Source of the DNA: a virus
Reading direction: 5' to 3' (one strand)
IMG/VR virus record: IMGVR_UViG_3300031576_000012
Coordinates: 1-64,000 of that record
Length of the DNA: 64,000 bases
The notes beneath the pieces are model-generated. The model searched no databases and was not told the origin of the DNA. It saw nothing but the letters and a program-made list of their open reading frames with translations. Shown piece by piece: positions 49,385 to 59,692 of the stretch. The position numbers were made by a program, and so were the translations under genes. The stretch's first letter is position 1. Every line of letters begins with the position of its first letter.

Positions 49385-51511
49385 ATGAGTTTAATGGATG
49401 AATTACAAGATCATATTCATAACTGGATGAATTCACACGGAAAAGAGCCTCCTTGTATTAATGTGACTCTCTCTGAGTATAAAATAATAGAGAAGGAATT
49501 ACTCAGTAACGCTAATACCCTCTATATGCCATTACAGGGGGGAGCTAAACTACTGAGTTTTGATGGAGTTCATATTAACATAGCACAAGAATCTGATCTT
49601 GGGGAGTCAATAGATGAGGAACAAGAGCAAGTCTGGTATGCTCAAGAGTATGACCAAGAGTAGTATAAAGGTAGTACTTAATAAAAAGATTGACAAAGCT
49701 ATTACCGATATGTTACAATACGTTATAGATAGGGTAGACTTAGAGAAGGCAGAACTAGCTGAAGAAGAACAGGATAGACTTGAGAGAGAATATGGAAGAA
49801 CCAAGAATAAAGACTGAAGAGCACAGTTTTATGCATCAAGGGGACTGTATAGGACATACTCATAAGTTTACAATTAAGATTAGTACGGTTCCAAATGTAA
49901 CTCCTGGGCAGCTTGTAGAAGTATTCAGGGATGACGTAAAGATTATGAACTATATGATATTAAACGATCAGTGTCCAAGGGTGATCTCTACATACTTTAA
50001 AGAAGAAGAGGGAACCCAGGATGAGTATAATATAAAATATTCAAAAGAAGAGGAATAAACATTCCTATGTCAGATCCTAAAGATATATTGGCTGAAATTA
50101 TGGACCAGGATGAATATAAGCCTAAACGAGAGAACGCTGTGATCAAGATCCAAATACAGGATAAGTATGGTCAGGTTTACGGCGTTACTGAAACGCTCGT
50201 GGGCGCGGTTGCGGATTATGACCCCCGCGATGTCTCTGAAAGAGTGGAGGAGAAGCTCCTTGTCCTCCTTCAGGAGATCTTATACGGAACACGAGATCCA
50301 GACGAGGATAAAGAAGAGCGGGAGGTAGACAATGAGCAAACCATCAAAGATTACGAGCAAAAAGAATAAGGTCTCTTTTCCTAATGGAAGTATGGTGGTT
50401 ATGGATGAGCATCAGTTGGATGCTTTGACCTACCTTACAGCTGAACTTAAGAACTCCAATCAGTTTGTTTATGGTACATTCTTAGATATCTGGAACGAAT
50501 TATATGAGAAAGAGGCTGAAAACGAAAGCCTTATAAGGGAATATGAGCAGAAATCGAGCTAACCGACTGATATCATGGATAATTTCGGTGGTCGCGGCGG
50601 TTTTACTCTACCTTTACGTGAAAACCCAGGTCAAATAGGCGTGAGATGAGAAAAAAACGGAAAAAAACGGAAAAACAGAAACCGCTGGGTCCGGTACCAA
50701 AGACCCCTAAAGAACTTTTTGAGATACACATGGACAAAATCGAGCCAGGACTGGCAAAAGCAGTAGGAAAGTATGCGGATTTCATTAATCCCTTCTTAAA
50801 GATGCCTAAGCTTACTCCTGATAGACAATTAATCAATAAAGAAGAAGAGAATGAACGATTAATCGAGGAATATCAACAAGTTAACAAGAAAGAGGAGTCT
50901 TAAATGGAATATACACAATCTAAATTGGTTTTAGAGCTTCTATCCAAAGCGTTAGAGTTCTATGCCAAGGACGAGAACTATGAAACGGTACCAACAGATG
51001 ATGACACAGATAGCTTTGCGTTACTCCCTAGTGAAGTAGAACGTGATCGTGGTCGGGTAGCGAAGGAAACATTACACAATATCAGGGAGATTATGGGAAA
51101 AGAAGAGAAACATGGATAGGATAGAACAATTTGTCAATGAGTATGTAGGATTTATGTCTATAAACGACACAGATGCCGCAGGACAAGCGGAACTACTAAA
51201 GGAGATGGTCAAGGATCTCCTTGTAGAAGATCGTCTCAGGACGCTCAATATAATCGAAATTAAAGGTATTCCCTTAGACAGTCAGACCAAGAATACAATC
51301 TTGGGGGAGGAAATCAATGCCTTTTAAGGTTTATACATCAGATGAGGCTAAACTGGAAGCCAAGTTGAATGAAATCCAGGAATCAGGGGAGAATGTGGTT
51401 CAAGTTGTACTTATGGTATGGCAAGATGCAGAATCCGCTTATTTTAAAATTATATCGTTATCAATGGCTCCTTGGAAGCCTAAACAGGAACCAGAAAGTC
51501 AAAAACAATGA
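49385..51511 (+). other. cluster of small acidic proteins (49385-49663, 49614-49817, 49780-50058, 50067-50369, 50332-50562, 50646-50903, 50904-51119, 51112-51327, 51317-51511)
   Basis: Overlap-coupled plus-strand ORFs; several share a C-terminal motif. Confidence 0.7.
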
Positions 51512-51831
51512 AAAAGCTAATAATATCCACGTTTTGCATGTTGTCTATGTTTGGCTGTGCTGATAAGTTTGATCTGTCAGAATATAGCAATAATCAGATT
51601 ACAGAGGCTCGTGAGAAGTGTGCTTTTGGAACAATGAAGGTTTTAAATGAAAAGTCTCCATTAGAGATTGAAAAGATCATTTGTAGCCTAAAGAGCAGAA
51701 AAGATCACTGTAAGATCACTCCAGAGGAAGTTCAGGAGTTTACCTTAAGAGTATTCAATTCTTGTGTAGAAGGGGTGCTTAAGAGTCAAAAACCTGAGTT
51801 TGAACCTAAAAAGGGCCAGTTTCCGGTATAA
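51508..51831 (+). CDS. putative lipoprotein
   Basis: MKKLIISTFCMLSMFG-C lipobox. Confidence 0.65.
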   Translation: MKKLIISTFCMLSMFGCADKFDLSEYSNNQITEAREKCAFGTMKVLNEKSPLEIEKIICSLKSRKDHCKITPEEVQEFTLRVFNSCVEGVLKSQKPEFEPKKGQFPV

Positions 51832-52202
51832 GTGAAAATAGTTGAGGAATGATTGTTCCCTTTTGTTAGAAAAAGGGTGAATATTAGGATAACTGTATAG
51901 AAGTCTGTTTATTGGTCTGGGCTTATGATTAACTCCTTAGAAACTTTACGTTTTTGAGGATGTTACGTTTTTGAGTTATATCATGAATGAAAGATTAAAC
52001 CGCCCAGATTTAATTAAGCTTACTTTATTGTTAGAATATTACGATGAAATCCTTATTAATCACGCCCAGGCCAAAATAGTGATTCTTTCGGAACATCGGA
52101 ACATTCTACAGGAACGAAGCCGTATTTTGTCTCTCTTGCGGGATAAAAGAAAAAAGGCATTATTGTTGAGTAGATAATCTTATTCTAGTGAGGTAATCAA
52201 CC

Positions 52203-52709
52203 GTGATGAGCGAAAAGCCATTCAAACAGAAGTTTAAAGAACTAATGGATGACGCTTCTAAACTCGTTAAGGAAGCTACCCCAAAAGAAATAGAAGAGAT
52301 TAAGGTTAATCTATTTAATACAACTATTCTCCCTTCCTCAGACCTGGTTTGCAAAACCGACGAGGAATTTGATTTACGAGTACTTTATCGTATTACAGGA
52401 GTCATTGGTGAATTGCCTTACATTCTTATACATCATGATGAACTTACAGACGCGCAAATCGAAAAGCATCGACAAAAAGCTCTCTCTGAGCACAAAAAGT
52501 TCATCTTACCCTCTATTGTCGAACCAATCTCAAATCACCCTGATCGCCAATTTACCCCTTATCTCGTATTTCCAACACACGACAAATTACTTTTTCTATT
52601 GCCTCTCGAAGGCTCGGCTTTTTCTGATATCGAATTTGAAGATCCACAATCTGAATCTGATGAGGATTTAGAAGACGATTTCGACTTTCCATCTGAGGAT
52701 GAAGAATAG
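52203..52709 (+). CDS. hypothetical protein with acidic tail
   Basis: 168 aa; ends EDPQSESDEDLEDDFDFPSEDEE. Confidence 0.7.
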   Translation: MMSEKPFKQKFKELMDDASKLVKEATPKEIEEIKVNLFNTTILPSSDLVCKTDEEFDLRVLYRITGVIGELPYILIHHDELTDAQIEKHRQKALSEHKKFILPSIVEPISNHPDRQFTPYLVFPTHDKLLFLLPLEGSAFSDIEFEDPQSESDEDLEDDFDFPSEDEE

Positions 52710-52723
52710 CTGGTGAAGGAAAC

Positions 52724-52887
52724 GAGTATGGTGAAAACTATACTCATGCAATTCCTCCCAACTATCCCTTTAAAAAAGGATAGTACTTCCTCCTCATCTG
52801 TTGGGCTAGGTGGCTTCGGCTGCCTAGTCCTTCAGAATTTATGTTCTTAAAGGCATAAACACAGTTTATGTTTTAAAAGACATAGAT
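52724..52887 (+). ncRNA. multi-hairpin intergenic element (ncRNA, terminator or operators)
   Basis: Five consecutive inverted repeats, including GAAA- and TTCG-capped stems. Confidence 0.5.
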
Positions 52888-53207
52888 GCTTATACTGATG
52901 TGGCCATAAGCTTTAAACGGCCCGTGAAAGTGACCGCAAGGTCTGTGCAGCTATGCCCTATCCTACGTAGTAGGAATATAAGACTTAAATATGTTATAGG
53001 GAAGTATTCTATGGATATTAAAAATACATTAAAAATAGTCGGTATCTATGCAGGGGTCGCTATAGCGTACATTCTTGCTGTAGATTTTTTTGCTGGTTAC
53101 TTCCTTGGCAAATTCGATTATTGTATGGTAAAAATGTTTTTTAGTATGATCTTAGGTTGTTTTGCTCTTCATCCTCTTTCCAGATGGATTATTGGAAAAA
53201 TTCTATA

Positions 53208-53609
53208 ATGGCTAAACCAAAAGATAACATAACCAAAAACAGTTCAGTTGCTACAAAGAAACCTGAAATGATTAATGGTGCCCCAGTTCGTAAGAGTGGG
53301 TCTGCTATTGCATCTATGCCAAAAAAGGAATATGTCAATACTATGAAATTTGACTATTCTAGTTTAGAATATAAGCAATATCCTAATAGGGTCAAAGTAA
53401 ATATAGAATTGAATGAAGAGAGATTCCCAGCGGAATCTAAAGTTCCTCCTTATGATAAATATGATGAAAAGGGGAACTACATTAAAAATAAGTTTATTGC
53501 TACTGAAAAGAAAGTGAAGAAGGTAGAAGGAGTAAAATACTCAATAGGTCAACTAGTGAGAGAACATGCCCTTTCTAACCCTCATAAAAACAATGGAAGA
53601 AAAAGATAA
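53208..53609 (+). CDS. basic hypothetical protein
   Basis: Start MAKPKD at 53208 within the ORF-track frame. Confidence 0.6.
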   Translation: MAKPKDNITKNSSVATKKPEMINGAPVRKSGSAIASMPKKEYVNTMKFDYSSLEYKQYPNRVKVNIELNEERFPAESKVPPYDKYDEKGNYIKNKFIATEKKVKKVEGVKYSIGQLVREHALSNPHKNNGRKR

Positions 53610-54141
53610 AACCTTATCCATCGTAAAAGATGAAGAAAAGGACAATCAGGAATTTACGAAGCTTTCTCTAAAAAAAAGAGTCGAGGCACTAGCACCTGGA
53701 AAATATAATCTTTTTCAAGAACTTTTACAAGAAATTCAAGCTTCAGATATTATTGATAATCTTCAAGGTAAAGATCTTTATCTTGAGAATCAATTAGCAA
53801 GATTAAAAATTCTTATTACAAATAAGTTTTCTTCAGATAAAGAAACAGCTGATTTGTTATTAGAATACACTCCTCCTGAACGAACTATTTATGGTTGGTT
53901 TATTGATGAGTGGAAAGAAGCAGTAATGTTAAAAGTTAAGTCTTCTTTTAGATTTAATGAATCAAGACGTTCTGCAGTATTTGATTCTATTTATAAAAAA
54001 GCAGTGGAAAAGGGAGACATGAAGGCTGCTGAGTTGTTTTGCAAACTCTCAGGAGATTTAGAATCGGGGAAGGGTTCTAAGGAATCTAAAGAAATGGAAG
54101 ACTTTAAAGACTTCAATAGGATTCTTCATGGCAAAAAATAA
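53566..54141 (+). CDS. terS: terminase small subunit (putative)
   Basis: HTH-like ERTIYGW, AVFDSIYKKAVEKGDMKAAELF; directly upstream of TerL. Confidence 0.7.
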   Translation: MPFLTLIKTMEEKDKTLSIVKDEEKDNQEFTKLSLKKRVEALAPGKYNLFQELLQEIQASDIIDNLQGKDLYLENQLARLKILITNKFSSDKETADLLLEYTPPERTIYGWFIDEWKEAVMLKVKSSFRFNESRRSAVFDSIYKKAVEKGDMKAAELFCKLSGDLESGKGSKESKEMEDFKDFNRILHGKK

Positions 54142-54144
54142 TCT

Positions 54145-55620
54145 ATGTCACAATACGGCGAACCGCTTAAAATCCATGAATTGCATGTTGAAGAACTAGT
54201 AGAGGAATTCTCGAAACGAGGCATTACTACCACTTCTTCAAAGATTGGTAAGCTACATCCAGCACAAATTCAAATCGTTCATGACGTAGGAAGATTCAAA
54301 GTATTAGCCTGTGGAAGACGTTTTGGTAAATCTTTGTTCTGTACGGCTGTAGCAGCTGCAGTTGCTATGCAGCCAGGAAGAAAGATCTGGATTGTTTCTG
54401 ATAACTATGGTCTAACAGATAGAGTATTTGCAGAACTTTATCATCTTTTTGTTAATGAATTGAAATTAGCTGACTCTTCTAAAGGTGGAGCATCTTCTAA
54501 ATTAAACAGATACATCAGATTACCTAATGGCAGTGTCATTGAAGGTAAATCTTGTGAAAACCGCAAATCTCTCGTAGGTGAATCTATTGATTTACTTATT
54601 TGGGATGAGTGCGCTTTAACTGTTGGAGGGGAAGATATCTGGAATCAGGAGCTTCGTCCTACTTTAATTGATAGAGAAGGTTCAGCTATCTTCATTTCTA
54701 CTCCCCGTGGGAGAAACCATTTGTATAAGTTTTATATGAATGGGTTAGAAGGTATAGCTGCCAGAGAGAAACAGGCTCAAGGCTTACCTCTTACTGAAGA
54801 TGAAACTATAAAATCAGAATGGTCAGGATTTAAATTTAGTTCTTATTGCAATACCACCAATCAAGGTGGCTATTTGAAGAAATCAGAAATTGATTCAATG
54901 AGACTATCAATGCCTGATGTTAAGTTTAGGCAAGAAGTTATGGCTGATTTTACAGCTGTAGCTGATTCTGTGTTCCCTGAATTTGCACAAGAGACTCAAG
55001 TTGTTGATTGGGACTTCAATCCAGCATGGCCAGTTTATGTGGCAATGGATTTTAACTACCAAACACCTTGTACTTCTTTGTATCTTCAAATTGATCCTAA
55101 CAATAATATCTTAGTAATTGATGAATATCATCCTAAAGACGCACATAAAACCGTGCATCAACAGGCTAAACAGCTTTTAGAGATGGATCAAAGGTATAAT
55201 AAGAGAATTGAACTTATTGTAGCAGATATAGCTGGAAAACAGAAAGATCTAAATGGAAGAAGTGCATGGGATGATCTAGCTGATTGGAATATATACCCAG
55301 TTGGCAGAAAGCAAAAAATAGAAACAGGTTGTGATTTAATTCGTTTATGGTGTTCATACCCTAAAGTAGACCAAAATAATCAACCTGTGTTTGATAAAGA
55401 AGAAAAACATATCGTATATCCTAAACTCTTTGTAAATAATAGATGTAAAAATTTAATATTTGCCTTAGAAGCTGCTCGTGCTCCAGAGGGGCAAGGTGGG
55501 GTTTCTAAAGAAGGATATAGAAAAGATGGTATAACAGACGGTCCATTAGATGCACTTCGGTATATTCTAGTGTACCTCTTACATGATTCCAATTTAGTTG
55601 GAACATTACCAGTAGTTTAA
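54145..55620 (+). CDS. terL: terminase large subunit
   Basis: LHPAQ, CGRRFGKS, LLIWDE, ISTPRG, AMDFNY, DGPLDALRY. Confidence 0.95.
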   Translation: MSQYGEPLKIHELHVEELVEEFSKRGITTTSSKIGKLHPAQIQIVHDVGRFKVLACGRRFGKSLFCTAVAAAVAMQPGRKIWIVSDNYGLTDRVFAELYHLFVNELKLADSSKGGASSKLNRYIRLPNGSVIEGKSCENRKSLVGESIDLLIWDECALTVGGEDIWNQELRPTLIDREGSAIFISTPRGRNHLYKFYMNGLEGIAAREKQAQGLPLTEDETIKSEWSGFKFSSYCNTTNQGGYLKKSEIDSMRLSMPDVKFRQEVMADFTAVADSVFPEFAQETQVVDWDFNPAWPVYVAMDFNYQTPCTSLYLQIDPNNNILVIDEYHPKDAHKTVHQQAKQLLEMDQRYNKRIELIVADIAGKQKDLNGRSAWDDLADWNIYPVGRKQKIETGCDLIRLWCSYPKVDQNNQPVFDKEEKHIVYPKLFVNNRCKNLIFALEAARAPEGQGGVSKEGYRKDGITDGPLDALRYILVYLLHDSNLVGTLPVV

Positions 55621-55644
55621 GAATAGCAAAGTAAGGAAGATAAA

Positions 55645-55965
55645 ATGGCAGATCCACATATTGACAGTCGTAAGCGTGTTCGTGAAAGAATTGAACCTAC
55701 GGTTGTTCACAACACAGCAGAATTAAATGGCACAAACACAGTAGGAACTGTTCGACTTGACATTGTATGTCAGAGAATTACGGTCGAACTAGGTAGTCTA
55801 ACTGCGAACGTAGATGGTTCGATTAATGGGAAGAATTTCTTCTCAATCGCAGCCGCTGCTACGGGCCGTGTTAGCTATGGCACAACAGCAGGTAATCACT
55901 TAGTAAAGTGGGTAAAAATCACTCGAACAGCTGGTACTGATGTAGCCGTAGTCATTGGAGTTTAA
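55645..55965 (+). CDS. probable virion structural protein
   Basis: Beta-rich; VDGSINGKNF; head-module position. Confidence 0.5.
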   Translation: MADPHIDSRKRVRERIEPTVVHNTAELNGTNTVGTVRLDIVCQRITVELGSLTANVDGSINGKNFFSIAAAATGRVSYGTTAGNHLVKWVKITRTAGTDVAVVIGV

Positions 55966-56208
55966 AAATGCCTAGTACCCCTAAGTTATTGAGGTACTCA
56001 TCGGGGTTTTTTAAGCTTGTAAAAGAAGAACTACCAGAGGCTATCAAAAACGATAATGAGTTGCATACTAAAGTACTAGTTTTACTTTATAATAAGTATG
56101 CGAACAAATCATGGGGGAACACTCTTCCCACACAACGTTATGAAGAGATGAATAATTACGTTTATACGTTATTAGAAGAATATTTCGAATAAACATGGAG
56201 TAAAAACA

Positions 56209-56511
56209 ATGGCTGAAGAAAGAAAGAAACATCTCTTGAATACACAAGGGAATTTGATGAAGGGTAAAGGGCATCAAAAGGGGAAAGACTATATGGCAGA
56301 TGACGCGACTAGGAAGAATCCTACCATGTCAGATGTTGGTATAGGCAGTTCCTTTACGCTTGCTAGGCTTCGTAATGAAGCTCAGAGAGTGAAGGCTGAA
56401 AGACGCATCCCTGGTAATCTCGGATACCAAGTTAATCTTGGACCAAAATCCGAAGTTGCAGGCTCTACCATCACAAAACAAAAACGAATGCTATATAATG
56501 GTAAGAAATAA
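56209..56511 (+). CDS. small basic protein
   Basis: K/R-rich, SD GGAG. Confidence 0.65.
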   Translation: MAEERKKHLLNTQGNLMKGKGHQKGKDYMADDATRKNPTMSDVGIGSSFTLARLRNEAQRVKAERRIPGNLGYQVNLGPKSEVAGSTITKQKRMLYNGKK

Positions 56512-56566
56512 TTACTATTGCAGCATACATGTATACATATAAAAAACAAAAAAGGAGTAACAAACA

Positions 56567-57097
56567 ATGGGTCTAAATATTAAACCTGTTAGACGTTTGC
56601 ATAAACTCCGCTCAGACGTGAGTGACAATGTTCCTGGACATGAAAAGGTAGAGAAGTTAGATAAAACTCTAAATTCTTCACCTGGTTCTTACAAAGTTGC
56701 TCGTGGTATTCGTCGTCGTCATGAAGAGAGCTTCGGTGGCGATGCATTAGAGAGAGACAAGCCCAAGTTGGCTTGGGAAGTTGATGCGACATTAGATCGT
56801 TTTGACTTTGATGCTGGTGCTCCTACCGATTTTGGTATTAGGATCACTCTTCCCTCTAGCGCACAACTCAGTGACCGTGGCTTAAAAGCAGGCGATGAAC
56901 TACGAATTCTTGATAAAGGTTCGACATTAAAAGGTAAACGCTTTAAAGTAGTTTCTGAAGCAAATACAACTAACGTAGCTCTTGGTAAAGCAAGACTAGT
57001 TAGTGCTACAGTACTACGTTTAAAAGACGTTAACCCGTTCACAACCGAAAACACAATTCGAATTCGTATTGAGCTTGAAGCAGGCAATCGTCGATAA
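56567..57097 (+). CDS. basic protein, possibly virion-associated
   Basis: Strong AAGGAG SD; CGT-rich codon usage like the capsid gene. Confidence 0.65.
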   Translation: MGLNIKPVRRLHKLRSDVSDNVPGHEKVEKLDKTLNSSPGSYKVARGIRRRHEESFGGDALERDKPKLAWEVDATLDRFDFDAGAPTDFGIRITLPSSAQLSDRGLKAGDELRILDKGSTLKGKRFKVVSEANTTNVALGKARLVSATVLRLKDVNPFTTENTIRIRIELEAGNRR

Positions 57098-57136
57098 GAC
57101 ATAACTATATAATTATATAATTAGGAGAAATTAACA

Positions 57137-57301
57137 ATGGCTGAAATGAAATCAAATGCGAAGATGGTACCAGCAAGTGCCCCCTCGCTAAAGTCTCGTG
57201 GAATGCGAATGAAAAATAATCCTCCAGTCGGTTCAAAGAAACCGTTGGATCATAACGTTTCAAAGAAGCATGAAGAGGCTTTCCAAGGAAAAGATAAGTA
57301 A
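57137..57301 (+). CDS. small basic protein (54 aa) missed by the ORF track
   Basis: AGGAGA SD; MAEMKSNAKMVPASAPSLKSRGMRMKNNPP...FQGKDK. Confidence 0.7.
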   Translation: MAEMKSNAKMVPASAPSLKSRGMRMKNNPPVGSKKPLDHNVSKKHEEAFQGKDK

Positions 57302-57315
57302 TCTTACTTAATAAC

Positions 57316-57351
57316 TAGTAGGGGGCGGTGAGAAATCATCTCCCCCTATTA
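57316..57351 (+). terminator. GC-rich hairpin before the portal gene
   Basis: TAGTAGGGGG.../...CCCCCTATTA inverted repeat. Confidence 0.55.
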
Positions 57352-57371
57352 ATGAGTAAAGAGGAGTATTC

Positions 57372-59300
57372 GTGAGTTTTAATTTAGGTGTTCAAAATTA
57401 TCCAGGTGGATATTTAGGTGGATTCGGCTTTGGGACAGTCGGAATTTATCTATACGAAGATGTCTACTATCGTCAATGGATTACTGAAATTGCCTTAGCC
57501 TTCTATGAAGGTAGGCAGGACGAGTTTGTTTGGTTGGATCTTCTAAAGCAATTTAGGAATCCTGAAAAACAACAGATCCTTCCATTAAACTTTACAAAAG
57601 AGATTATAGACGAAATCTCAATTCTTTATCGAGAAGAACCTATCTATAAGATAGTTGACTCTGAAACAGGAGAACTCTTAGATAAAGATCAGAAACTTTG
57701 GGAGAAAGTTCAAAAAGATTCCCGTTATCTTCAAATAATGGATAAAGTTGATAGATGGTGTCATTTACTTGGCACTGTTCTAATCAAGGTATCTTTTATT
57801 GATGGTAAAGGAGAAATGGTAAAAGCCACCGAAGGAGGTAAAGTTCAACTTGACGTTCTTCATGGTGGTGTTTACGATATTAAATATATTGATAGTCCCT
57901 TTCATATATCGGAACTATTAATCGGTTTTGGTCAAGGTTTTGTTGGCTTTAATAGAGGATCTGGTCCTTTAGGTCAAAGACGTGGGGGCTATGTAGCTGG
58001 TATTGGGTCTAATGCAACTGGTGGAAACCAAGCTAACCCTGCTAGTGTTCATGGTCAAATCTCTGAGATTTATTGGTCCCCAGAATCTCATAAAGTAACT
58101 CAGAAAGAAGGAGATACAGAGAAGGTCGTTCATGAGGGTGAAAATCCTTATGGTCGTATTCCTGCGGTTCCTTTCTTTAATTCTGAGCCAGCACACTATT
58201 ATTTTTTACCTATTAATGAGCCTTTGATTTATGCAAATCATGCTCTTAATATGCGTATTACAGACTTAAACCATATTGCTAAGTTCCAATCTTTCGGAGT
58301 TCCAGTTCTATCTGGAGTTGAAAGAGGAACTTCTATTAGACGTGGTAGACCAGTTGATGACTTCAATTTCTTTAGAGCTGGATCTGCAAGTCGTTCTAAT
58401 GTTGGTGGAGCTGCCAGATTCGGACAAGGCACTCAACACAGAACATTTGATAACAGTTATGCCTTCTTTGCAGACGGTAATGCTGATGCAAATGCTGTAG
58501 GAATGAGTATTGGTCCTGATACTGCAATCGCGGTAGGAGAAAAAGGAGACTTTAAGTTTGCCTCTCCAAATGCAGATATTCTAGGACTAGCTTCTACTAT
58601 CCAACAAATTCAGGATTGGGTTCGTGTCAATCATGGATTAACCGCCAAAGGTACTAAAGCCGAAGGTGGAGGTGGAGTAGAGTCCGGTTTTAGTAAGATG
58701 TTGTCCAAGATTGGTGTTCTAGAAGAAAATATTAGACGCCAAAAGTTGTTCAGGGAAAGAGAACAACAGTTATTTGATGTAATCAAAGAACTTTGGAATG
58801 TCCATTATGCGAATGATGGAACACAACAGTTTAGTGAGAATTCCACTCTTGAGATCACCTATGTAGAACCTCAATTTCCAGTTGATCCATTAACTAAGGT
58901 AAACTTAATTGAAGGACAAAGGAAGATTATTGAGACTGGTGATAAGAGAGCAATTAAGGAACTCTTTAAACACCTTTCCGAACCTCAGATTGATAAGATG
59001 ATTAAAGATTATCATGATGATAGGATGGCCCAAGCTGATCGAGAATTAGAGCTTCTTGAAAAGCAAGCAACAAAAATGGGAGAACTAGGGCTTGATTTTA
59101 ATTCATCTGGCCAAGATGGTCAGAATAAGTTCTCATCCATGACAAAAGCAAAAGGTGCTGATAAAGCTGTGTCCGGTCAGGATAACAAACTAAAGCACTC
59201 TGAAGACAGTTCGAAGCAAAAAGGCAAGAACTTAGATTTTCGGAAACAGCCTAAAGAGGTAAAGGCTGCTAAACCACAAGGTAAGGAAAAGGAAGAATAA
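57372..59300 (+). CDS. portal protein
   Basis: FYEGRQ, LNFTKEIID, LLGTVLIKV, NPYGRIPAVPF, ESG, charged tail; position between TerL and scaffold. Confidence 0.85.
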   Translation: MSFNLGVQNYPGGYLGGFGFGTVGIYLYEDVYYRQWITEIALAFYEGRQDEFVWLDLLKQFRNPEKQQILPLNFTKEIIDEISILYREEPIYKIVDSETGELLDKDQKLWEKVQKDSRYLQIMDKVDRWCHLLGTVLIKVSFIDGKGEMVKATEGGKVQLDVLHGGVYDIKYIDSPFHISELLIGFGQGFVGFNRGSGPLGQRRGGYVAGIGSNATGGNQANPASVHGQISEIYWSPESHKVTQKEGDTEKVVHEGENPYGRIPAVPFFNSEPAHYYFLPINEPLIYANHALNMRITDLNHIAKFQSFGVPVLSGVERGTSIRRGRPVDDFNFFRAGSASRSNVGGAARFGQGTQHRTFDNSYAFFADGNADANAVGMSIGPDTAIAVGEKGDFKFASPNADILGLASTIQQIQDWVRVNHGLTAKGTKAEGGGGVESGFSKMLSKIGVLEENIRRQKLFREREQQLFDVIKELWNVHYANDGTQQFSENSTLEITYVEPQFPVDPLTKVNLIEGQRKIIETGDKRAIKELFKHLSEPQIDKMIKDYHDDRMAQADRELELLEKQATKMGELGLDFNSSGQDGQNKFSSMTKAKGADKAVSGQDNKLKHSEDSSKQKGKNLDFRKQPKEVKAAKPQGKEKEE

Positions 59301-59318
59301 AAAAGAGAGGGAATTGCA

Positions 59319-59627
59319 ATGGAAAATAAGTATAGCTTAGTGTTGGATACACTACCTATGTCTTTTAGCTTAGATCAAGGTTCTAGGGAGGCAATGATCA
59401 AAGCTCATAAGAAGTGGTCCATCAAAATTAAAAGAAGTCTGTGGATTGATATCCCAGCAAAAACACCTGTAACCATGAATACAAAGGTTTTTATTGCTCT
59501 TAGAGTAGTAGAGATCACTCCTGAACAGGAGAAAGCGTCTCAGGTGGAACAAGACCCAAGATATAAAACGTTTTTTCAGAACGCCAAGAATATCGGTCCT
59601 GATATAACAGATCAAGGGTATAAATAA
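59319..59627 (+). CDS. hypothetical protein
   Basis: SD and head-module position. Confidence 0.65.
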   Translation: MENKYSLVLDTLPMSFSLDQGSREAMIKAHKKWSIKIKRSLWIDIPAKTPVTMNTKVFIALRVVEITPEQEKASQVEQDPRYKTFFQNAKNIGPDITDQGYK

Positions 59628-59692
59628 ACGTACATTTGAATTGAATTCAAAGTACAAACATCTAATATGGGGTTGAACCCCAGGAGATTAAA

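Noticed and set aside
50651-50678. Short tandem repeat AAAAAAACGG x2
   Set aside because: Encodes a basic N-terminus (KKRKKTEK); too short to support phase variation
59619-59626. T4-type late promoter TATAAATA
   Set aside because: Single copy overlapping a stop codon; not repeated before other late genes and no gp55-like sigma seen
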